From Centroscyllium fabricii (taxonomy: Eukaryota), in the NCBI GenBank assembly GCA_051313645.2, contig JBNRSN020000006.1:93992001-94056000 (forward strand): 64,000 bases of DNA, given 5' to 3'. Below are positions 54,149 through 64,000 of this stretch, piece by piece. Each line of letters opens with the position of its first letter. The first letter of the stretch is position 1. Below the pieces are notes generated by a model. That model saw nothing but the letters and a program-made list of their open reading frames with translations, had not been told where the DNA came from and did no database searches. A program made the translations under genes and the position numbers.

Positions 54149-56180
54149 AATTCAATTCAATTCAAATCAAATTGCTTTATTGGCATGACAAGATGCATCC
54201 TATGTTGACAAAGCACAGAAAAAGAACATATACAGTTGGACATACAAATGCATAACCAGACGTATTGAATGAATAACTATGCATACACATACACATAAAA
54301 ACCCGCATATAGATCTAAAAAGAACATATACAATTGGACATACAAATGCATAACCAGACGTATTGAATGAATAGCTATGCAAACACATACATATATACCC
54401 GCATATAGATCTTGTAGGCTCTTCCTAGCTTCAATGGTCACTGGTTGTCCCTCTGCTTATGGCAAGCTGTGACGTAGTTTGCCGCTAATTTTATACAGTC
54501 CCTCTGTTCCCCCAATAGATATGGGAGTTTTTGGTGGTCGTTCAGATTTTTGAATTCAGGGCATGTTGTTGCAAATTTTGGGAAGAAATTTCCCCTTATT
54601 CCCTGATAGTTTTCGCAAGTTGTGAGGAAGTGCAGCTCTGTCTCCACCGCTCCCTGACTGCAGTGGGAGCACAGCCTTTCCTCTCTGGGCAGCCAAGTCT
54701 TTCTGTGTCTGCCTTTTTCGATGGCTAGGCTCTGCTCGCTAAGTCTGTACATTGTCAGGGTTTTTCTCAGTTTGCTATCTTTCACCATGGTCAGGTAATC
54801 AGCCATGGTGTACTCTCTGTTTAGGGCCAAATAACAATCTAGTTTGTTTGGGGTTTTTGTCATTTCTGTCCAGTAATTCAAGTATTTTTCTTTTTGTTTA
54901 GTAATAATTGTGTTGGGTCGGATTCTGAGTGCTAGGATGTCACTGTCCTGGGGCTGGTTGTTACCAGTAGTGTTAGTAGTTACTCTGCTAAGTTGGTTGT
55001 TACCAGTAGTGTTAGTAGTTACTCCGCTAAGTCCCAGGACTAGTTGGCTGAGGGGACTTCTCTTTATGTTCGCTTCTTGGCATTTTAGGGCTTTGTAGTG
55101 ATAGCTGTGGGGGTTGCTCTGTTTTAGATGTTTCCAGAATTTGATTGCTCTTTTTTGGATATTAATTAATAGTGGATATTGGCCTAACTCTGCCCTGCAT
55201 GCATTGTTTGTGGTTTTCCTGAGAGTCCGGAGGATACTCTTACAGAATTCATCATGTAGGGTCTCAATTGGGTGTTTGTCCCATTTTGCAAATTCGTGGT
55301 GTGTAGGCAGACCCCACACCTCGCTGCCATAAAGTGCAATTGGTTCAATTACTGAATTAAAAATTTTGAGCCAAATGCCAAGTGGAATTTCTGTTTGGAT
55401 TGACTTCTTAATGGCATAGAAAGCCCTTTTAGCTTTCTCTTTCAGTTCATTCACAGCCAAGTGAAAATTTCCCGTGGAACTGATTTTTAAGCCTAAGTAT
55501 GTGTAGTTTGTTCGATTTTTGTTGCTCCTAGTGTGAAGTTTGTTTTGGTTCCCTGATGTCTGGATCTTTGCTGGAACACAAGGACTTTAGTTTTTTGGGG
55601 GTTTATTTTCAAGGCCCAATTCTGGCAGAATGACTCTAACCGATCAAGGTTCTGCCGTAGACCCTCTTCTGTCGGTGACAGCAGAACCAGATCATCTGCA
55701 TACAGGAGGAATTTGACCTCGGAGTCATGTAGGGTGAGGCCAGGTGCTGTAGATTGTTCCAGTATTTTTGCCTGTTCATTTATATAAATGTTAAAAAGAG
55801 TCGGTGAGATAGACGAGCCCTGTGCCACGCCACGAACCTGAGAGAAATATTTTGTTTGTTTATCTCCAATTTTAACTGCACATTTGTTACCTGTGTACAT
55901 TGATTTAATTACATCATATGTTTTTCCCCCTATCCCACTTTCAATGAGTTTTAGGAATAGACCATCGTGTCAAATAGAATCGAATGCCTTTTGGAAATCT
56001 ATAAAGCAGGCAAAGATTTTGCTTTTGTTTTGGTGGACATGTTTGTCTATTAGGGTGTGTAGGGTGAAAATATCAGAGATTCTATAATTTGGTAAGAATC
56101 CAATTTGGCTGTTACTCAGGACATTGTGCTCCGTAAGAAAGTTTGAGAGTCTTCTGTTTATGATACTGCAGAATACCTTA
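54149..56180 (-). mobile_element. CR1/L2-group LINE (Crack/Daphne-like), 5'-truncated
   Basis: FLLYADDLVLLS RT; NACRAELGQYPL; C-terminal CxxC...HFL..C finger; AATAAA followed by (TTGAA)n tail; ~98-bp tandem duplication in the 3' UTR (54220-54412). Confidence 0.75.
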
Positions 56181-56469
56181 ATTCCCTAGCACCAGATCCA
56201 GCAATGCCTCCTTCCTAGTTGGGCCAAGAACATATTGGTCAAGGAAATTCTCCTTAACACACTTCAGAAATTCCTCCCTCTCCTCTCCCTTTACCGTAGC
56301 ATTATCCCAATCGATAATTAAAGTCCCCCAATATCACCACTCTATAGCTCTTGCATATCGCTGCGATTTCCCTGCAGATTTGCTCCTCTACCTCCCTCTC
56401 ACTATTGGGAGGCCTATAGAATACCTCCAATAGCATGATCATATCCTTTTGGCTCCTCAACTCTAACCA

Positions 56470-56840
56470 ACATATAGAAGATAGGAGCAGGAGAAGGCCA
56501 TTCGGCCCATTCAATGAGATCATGACTGATCATCTAAACCCAGCATCCCGCCCCTGCCCTCTCCCCATATCCCTCTCGAGCCTGCAGCGACACATATCCC
56601 ACCCTAACCCCGTAACCCCACATATTCAATCCCCCTAACACTAAGGGTCAATTTATCCTGGCCAGTCAACCTAACCCGCACATCTTTGGACTGTGGGAGG
56701 AAACCGGAGCACCCGGAGGAAACCCACGCAGACACGGGGAGAATGTGCAAACTCCACACAGATAGTACCCGAGGCTGGATTTGAACCCGGGTCTCCAGTG
56801 CTGTGAGACAACAGTGCTAACCACTATGCCACCGTGCCGC
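56470..56840 (-). mobile_element. V-SINE (HE1-like) inserted in CR1
   Basis: gcggcacggtggcatagtggttagcac...gggttcaaatcc head, V-domain, CR1-like tail. Confidence 0.85.
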
Positions 56841-57660
56841 CCGGATTCTGTCCTTGTCCCTTCAAGAACATCCTCCCGTTCCAACATTACAATGTCCTCT
56901 TTAATCAGCACTGCCACCCCATCTCCCTTTTTTCCTTTCCTATCTTTTCCGAACACCTTGTACCCTTGAATAAAGTGCCCAGTCCTCACTGTTTTTTAAG
57001 CCACGTTTCCGTTATTGCCACATCATCATATTGCCAGAGCTAATTGTGCTTGTAGCTCACCAACCTTATTCACCACACTGTGCGTTTACGTACATGCATT
57101 CTAAATCCATTTTTTGAATTTTTCGTAGTCTTTCTTGGTCTGCTCCTGTCTAATATGGTACTATTACCGCCTCCAGTACTATCTTCTCTACTATTATCCA
57201 ACACACACACTCTTTTATGCACCTTATTCCTCTTTTCTACTCCTATATGCTAGTGCCCATCCCCCTGCCAAGCTAGTTTAAACCCTCCCCAACAGCACTA
57301 ACAAACCTCCCCACGAGAATATTGGCCCCGGCTCTGTTGAGGTGTAACCAGTCCAGCTTGTGCAGGTCCCACCTTCCCCAGAAACGGTCCCAATGCCTCC
57401 GGAATCTAAATCCCTCCCCATCTGCACCATCTCTCCAGCCACACATTCATCTGTTCTATCCTCCTATTCCTGTATTCACTAGCGCATGGCACCGGGAGTA
57501 ATCCGGAGATTACTACCTTTGAGGCCCTGCTTTTTAATCTCTCTCCTAGCTCCCTAGGAGGGCCTGCAGGACCTCATCCCTCTTTCTGCCTATGCTGTTG
57601 GTAACGATATGGACGACCTCTGGCTGTTCACCTTCCCCCCTCCGAGTGTTCTGCAGCTGC

Positions 57661-60600
57661 TTACAGCTAATCGACAGAGTTAGGTAATCAAGGCTTCTAT
57701 TAACAAAAGAACTGAAGTACACGTCTCATCGCCATCTGGTCCTGGAATGCCATGAGGTCAGCAGGGCTGCCACCTTTATACCACAGCCTGTGGGTGGAGC
57801 CTGGAGGCGGAGCCGGCAGAGACATCCCAGGTAGATACAGGTGGGAACAAGAGATAACCAAGAGGTAACTATCTTCAGCACAGTATATCAGTGGGAAACA
57901 GTATTACAAGTTTACCACATTCACCCCTTGTTTTAAAATTGAGTCCGGCGGGGTGAAGTGGTTCTACCGGGAGCGGAATAAGAAAGTCTGGTCTCCCTTC
58001 GCGACTGGCGCAGCTCCAGCTGCTGTGCAGGATCCTCGGGCAAGATGGTCTTCGTCGTCAGTGGTGTGGCAACAGTCACCTGGAGGTCGTGCATCGACGG
58101 ATCCCGGGTCACCGGCGTACCGTCTACAGGGGCTAGAGGAAAGGAGGGTAACATAGGTGCGTCGAGAGTTACAGTGGGGGGGTGGGGGGGAATGGTGGTC
58201 TCAGGGGCACCCGAGGGCGCAAGGTCTCGAATGGAGACAGTGTCCTCCCGCCCGTCAGGGAATGCCACGTAGGCGTATTGGGGGCTGGCGTGGAGGAGCT
58301 GCACCCTTTCGACCAGGGGGTTCGTCTTATGGCCCCTCACGTGCTTCCGAAGTAGGACGGTCCCTGGTGACGTCAGCCACAATGGTAGCGAGGTGGACTT
58401 CCTAGGGAAGGCAAACATCTTCTCGTGAGGAGTAGCGTTGGTCGCATGCAAAGCAGCTACCGAATGGAGTGGAGGACCTCCTGCCAGCGGGAGATTGGGA
58501 GGCCCCTAGACCGCAGGGCTAGTAGAGCAGCCTTCCAGACTGTCCCATTCTCCCTCTCAACCTGCCCATTTCCCTGGGGGTTGTAGCTGGTGGTCCTGCT
58601 TGTTGCAACTCCTTTCGCGAGCAGGTACTGGCATAGCTCATCACTCATGAACGACGAACCCCGATCACTATGTATGTAGTTGGGGAGGCCAAACATGGTG
58701 AAAATGCTGTGCAGGCACTTGATGACCGTGGCTGAGGTCATCTCTGGGCAAGGGATGGCGAAGGGGAAACGCGAGTACTCATCAATGATGGTAAGAAAGT
58801 ACATGTTGCGGTCGGAGGAGGGGAGGGGCCCTTTGAAGTCGACACACAGGCGTTCAAAGGGGCGGGTGGCCTTTATCACGTTAGCTTTGTCTGGCCTGTA
58901 GAAGTGCGGTTTGCACTCGGCGCAAATTTGGCAGTTCCTGGTAACGGTCTGGACATCCGCAACGGAGTAAGGCAGGTTGCGGGACTTGACAAAATGAAAA
59001 ACACGGGTGACTCCCGGGTGACAGAAGTCATTGTGGAGAGATTGTAATCTATCCACTTGTGCGTTGGCACAGGTTCCACGGGATAGAGCATCTGGGGGCT
59101 CATTGAGTTTGCCAGGCCGGTACAAGATGTCGTAATTGTAGGTGGACAGCTCGATCCTCTACCTCAGGATCTTGTCATTTTTGATCTTGCCTCGCTGTTT
59201 ATTATTAAACATAAAAGCCACTGAACGCTGGTCAGTGAGCAGGGTGAATCTTCTACCGGCCAGGTAATGCCTCCAGTGCCGCACCGCTTCCACGATGGCC
59301 AAGGCTTCTTTTTCCACAAAGGGGTGTCTGATTTCAGGGCCTTGGAGGATACGGGAAAAGATGGCCACTGGTCTCTCCGCCTGATTGAGGGAAGCGGCCA
59401 GGGCGAAGTCAGAGGCATCGCTTTCCACCTGGAACGGGGTGGATTCATCCACGGCGTGCATGGTCGCCTTCGCAATGTCAGACTTGATTCAATCGAAGGC
59501 TACGTGAGCCTCGTCTGCCAGGGGGAAAGAGGTAGATTTGATGAGGGGGCGAGCTTTGTCTGTGTAATTAGGGACCCACTGGGCGTAGTACGAGAAAAAG
59601 CCCAGGCACCTTTTCAGGGCCTTGAGACTGTGGGGGAGGGGAAGTTCCATGAGGGGGCACATGCGTTCGGGGTCAGGACCGATGACCCCAATTTCCACGA
59701 CACATCCCAGGATGGTGAGGAGGGTGGTGCGGAAAACGCATTTCTCCTTGTTGTACGTGAGGTTAAGGAGTTGGGCTGTGCGGAGAAATTTTGCCAAATT
59801 GGCGTCGTGGTCCTGCATATCATGGCCGCAGATGGTGAAATTATCCAAGTAGGAGAATGTAGCCAGCAACCCGTTTTGGTCCACCAATTCTGTCCATTTC
59901 CCGCTGGAAGACTGATACCCCGTTTGTGACGCCGAAGGGGACCCTGAGGAAATGGTAAAGACGGCCGTTCGCTCAAAGGCAGTGTACTGGCGGTCTTCGG
60001 GGCGAATGGGGAGCTGGTGATACGCAGACTTTAAGTCGATCGTGGAGAATACCCGGTACTGCACAATCTGGTTGTCAGAAATGTGAGGAAGGGGGTATGC
60101 GTCCAGCTGCGTATACCGGTTTATGGTTTGGCTGTAGTCGATGACCAGGCGGTGTTTCTCGCCGGTCTTAACGACTACAACTTGGGCTCTCCAGGGGCTG
60201 TTACGAGCCTCAATGATCCCTTCCCTCAAGAGCCACTGAACCTAAGATTTAATAAAAAATCAATCCCCCACACTGTAGCGCCTGCTGTTAGTAACTATGG
60301 GCTTGCAGTCTGGGGAGAGATTAGCGAACAGTGGAGGAGGGGCGACCTTCAGAGTCGAGAGGCTGCAAACAGTGCGTGGCGGGTGATTTAAAAACTGCTG
60401 GCTACAAACAGTGGGGGGGGGGGGGGGAGGGGCCCACCGTACTTCTTCATGACGCTGTCGAGGTGGCTCTGGAAGTCCAGCCCGAGCAGAAGTGCAGCGC
60501 AGAGGGGAAGGACAAAAAGTTTAAAATGACTATAAACCGTGCCACGCACCGACAATGTAACGACGCAGTATCCACCGTCACCCGCTGTTTGAGTCTTAGA

Positions 60601-62092
60601 GGCCAGGGAGAACCGCTGCCGCGCCAGAAGGACCAGGAGTGAAAGCCTCCGCACTGTGTCGGGATGAATAAAGCTTTCAGTGCTCCGAGTCGAAAAGGCA
60701 GTTTGTGTTGTGGCCGTTTGCCTGGATGTCCATCGTGGACCTGGCGAGCTGGTGAGGCCTGGACTGATCCAGGGTGATGGAGGCCAGTTGAGGCAGTAAA
60801 AGGTCGATGTCCTCAGGTGTGGAAGCGGGGTAGACGGGCACGGACGGCGAATTCCAAGATGGCGGCGCCCACGAATCACACACGGCCGGGGAAATCCAAA
60901 ATGGGCGCCCGCTTGCTCTCCACGCGGCTGGGCAAGATGGCTGCTCCAAGATGGCTGCCCGCTTGCTCCCCACGCGGCTGTCCAAGATGGCCGCTCGGCT
61001 GGACCACACGCGGCGCTGCTGGGGCTGGGGGAGGATTTTGCCTTGCAAACGCTGGCGTAGTGCCCCCTCTTCTTGCAGCTGGAGCACGTTGCATCTTTCG
61101 CCGGGCAGCGCTGCCTGGGGTGCTTAGATTGGCCGCAGAAATAGCACTTCTGGGCATGGGACACCGCTACAGACGATAGCGGGGGCAGCGCGGCGCCGGG
61201 GGGCAATCCTACCGTCCAAGATGGCTGCGCCTGCGCCGTCCATGAGGCTGCCGGCTGGTCGTAGGCCTCCATATTCCTGTGCGCCACGTCCAGCGAGAGC
61301 ACGAGGGCTGCAGCTTTCTTTAAATCGAGGTCACTCTGCTCGAGCAGCCTCTGACGGGTGTAGCTCGATTTGATACCCGCAACGAAGGCATCGCGTATCA
61401 GGTCCTCCACGCAGTTCTGGGCTGTTACAGACTTGCAGTTGCAGGCTCGTCCGAGCACTCGCAGCGCCCGAAGGTAGTCCGCAATAGACTCACCGGTCTG
61501 TTGTCTGCGGCACAGCAGGAGGTGTCTAGCGTAGACCTCATTAATCGGGGTAGCGAACTGATCTTTAAGGAGACTTAGAGCGTCCTCGTAAGAGGTCTCG
61601 TCCTCGATCAGTGTGTAGATAAACGGGCTTACCCGGGATTGCAGGACCATCAGCTTCTGTTCGTCCGAGGTGACGGTGGTGCTGGAGGCTGCTAAAAAGA
61701 GTTCAAAGCACTTAAGCCAGTGTGCGAACCTCCGCGGTGCGTCCACCGCCTGCGGATCTAACTCCAGGCGATCGGGTCTCAATATTTTATCCATCGCTAA
61801 AATTTTGTTAATAAAATTGATGCACAATCAATTACAGCTAAACAACTGAGTTAAGGTAATCAAGGCTTTTATTAACAAAAGAACTGAAGTACAGGTCTCA
61901 TCACTATCTGGTCCTGGAATGCCATGAGGTCAGCAGGGCTGCCACCTTTATACCACAGCCAGTGGGTGGAGCCTGGAGGCGGAGCCGGCAGAGACATCCC
62001 CCAGGTAGATACAGGTGGGACAAGAGGTAACCAAGAGGTAACGATATACAGCACAGTATATCAGTGGGAAAGAGTATTACAGGTTTACCACA
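57661..62092 (-). mobile_element. Gypsy LTR retrotransposon D (older; outer end of the 3' LTR clipped)
   Basis: 5' LTR 61818-62092, 3' LTR 57661-57919 (more diverged pair than B or C); gag ATG at 61794 (MDKILRPDRLELDPQ); RT, RH and IN fragments; PPT. Confidence 0.95.
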
Positions 62093-62460
62093 GTGACATC
62101 CTTGACCCTGGCACCAGGGAGGCAACATACCATCCTGGAGTCATGTCTGCGGCCACAGAAACTCCCGTCTGCTCCCCTAACTATCGAATCTCCTACCACT
62201 ATTGCTCTTCCACTCTTTTTCCTCGCCCCCTGTGCAGCCGAGCCACCCATGGTGCCGTGGACTTGGCTCTGGTTGCACTCCCCAGAGGAACCAGCGCCCT
62301 CACCAGTACTCAGAACAGAATACTGGTTGGAGAGCACAATGCACTCTGGGGACTCCTGCACTACCTGCCTGGTCCTCCTCCTTCTGTCTGGTGGTCACCC
62401 ATTTCCTCTCTGCCTGCATATTCTTAAGCTGCGGGGTGACCACCTCTAGAAACGTGCTAT
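62093..62460 (-). mobile_element. CR1 ORF1 (SGNH esterase-like) fragment, host of Gypsy D
   Basis: GRAIVVGDSIVRGAD...RMVCCLPGARVKDVT; continues at 57660 and below. Confidence 0.85.
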
Positions 62461-62933
62461 AAAAGTACATTTAAAAAAAAAGAAATACCAATTTAATTCA
62501 ATCAATTATGTCTTTTTAAAACTTGCACTGTCTTTCTCTCCAGACTTTTATTTTAGTTTCACTATTTTGCTACTTTGTTAAATTTAAAATTGTTCACTCT
62601 CCCTTTTCCTTCAGCCTTCCTACTCCCACAACCCATTTTGGAAGTGGCTGCTTAAAAAAGGGCATCTGAATAGGTACAAAGACAGCTTTCTTATCAGTCG
62701 AATGCCCACGATGTGAAGTCGGACAGTGTTGTACTGCCAAGTCAATCGGATGAAATGGGCTGCAGATGAACAAATATTTCATTGGCCATCTGCAAAAGAA
62801 CAATGTATCCAACCATCTTGCTAAGAGCAGGTTCTAGCGAATAAATTGAAATGTCCGCATTCTTGCTTACTTTGTGGCCATGGTCAAATCGCAGTATTTC
62901 GAGTAAATATGGCTGAGGTTTTGAATTGTTTTA

Positions 62934-63038
<105 letters not shown>

Positions 63039-64000
63039 CTAAGAATGAAGAACATGAAACATCATTAATTTAGAAGCTGCAGTCATTATTAGATGGTTGC
63101 AATATTTCAGAGTGATGTCAACATTGGAACTCTGTTCTTAATTGACATTTGCACAACAATTCTCTTTGGAGAGAGTTTGTGATGAGTCAGGGAGGGAGAA
63201 AAAATTGGGAAGGCCAACTGAAGAATGAGATTAATGTAGCTTGTTGAATGCTAGTTCTTTGAATGGGAATATCATTCGCACACCGCCACAGTATAGTGAC
63301 CGAAAGGGAGAATTGAATGGACAGGATGATTTCTTAAAACTAGGAATTACCTACTTGATCTTCCTATCCTATCCTCATCAGAAGTGAAGAAGAAATTATA
63401 TAACACCACTGATCGCAGTGCCTTAATCAGCTAGTTTTGCAGGAACTTTGAGTACAGTTTTGCAGGTAAGTGTGCAAGGTGTGAAATGCATGGGTCTTAA
63501 TCAAATTCCAATCAATACAGACTTGTGTCAGATTACACCATTCTAATTTAGAATACCAGGTATTAATAACAGAGTTATTTAACACCTAGCTGGCTCACCT
63601 GACTAGGCGAAAAGTCAGATGAGCGAGTTAGGTGCAAAGTGCCAGCGATAACTATAAAAACTAAACAACACACAAGAAATTGGGAGGTGAAGCTCAGTAG
63701 CTTTCTTGGAAACAGTTTAAAATCCACACATTTCTAAATAAAACCTTTTTTTAAAATACAGTATTTTTAAAATATTGGGCCAGATTATGCCATCGGCGGT
63801 GTAACCAAGGATTACGCCGCAAGACTCCGAATCGAATACGTACTTACCGGCTGGGAACCCCCCTCTGAGAAGTTGCTGTCAGACGCCGTGGAGTAGAGGG
63901 CAGTGTAGTGGCCCACCGATCCCAGGTGCGCACTGTGTGCGGATGTGTACCCGGGATTACATGGGCCGGTGCTCCAATCAGCAAACAGAAGGTCTCTCAT

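Noticed and set aside
63777-64000. Start of another Harbinger-like or MITE element (gggccagatt..., CpG-rich)
   Set aside because: Cut off by the window edge; no second terminus or ORF to confirm it.

Overview
Eukaryotic genomic DNA, most likely from a cartilaginous fish (inferred from V-SINE/HE1-type SINEs and the CR1 and Penelope repeat types). The only host gene is the 3' half of an ALK2-family type I BMP/activin receptor kinase (ACVR1 or ACVR1-like) on the minus strand. Six coding exons were resolved with GT-AG boundaries and consistent phases: 63038-62939, 30100-29954, 20371-20096, 20004-19807, 16852-16722 and 13051-12917. Its introns range from 91 bp to 32.8 kb. Most of the rest is nested transposons: four related Gypsy LTR retrotransposons, two ~5.5-kb PIF/Harbinger DNA transposons, MITEs, a split Penelope-like element, CR1, L2, Rex/Babar and Crack-like LINE fragments, SINEs and minisatellites. 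Three observations stand out. (1) The Gypsy elements have no tRNA primer-binding site; instead a co-varying sequence 1 nt after the 5' LTR pairs with the LTR's own AATAAA region, suggesting self-priming and/or poly(A) occlusion. (2) A palindromic insert in the Penelope element carries hammerhead-ribozyme-like cores with a U3-A8 variant. (3) A hyper-diverged, codon-like patch in the Harbinger spacer may be a third gene. All coordinates and comparisons were made by eye; no database searches were run.
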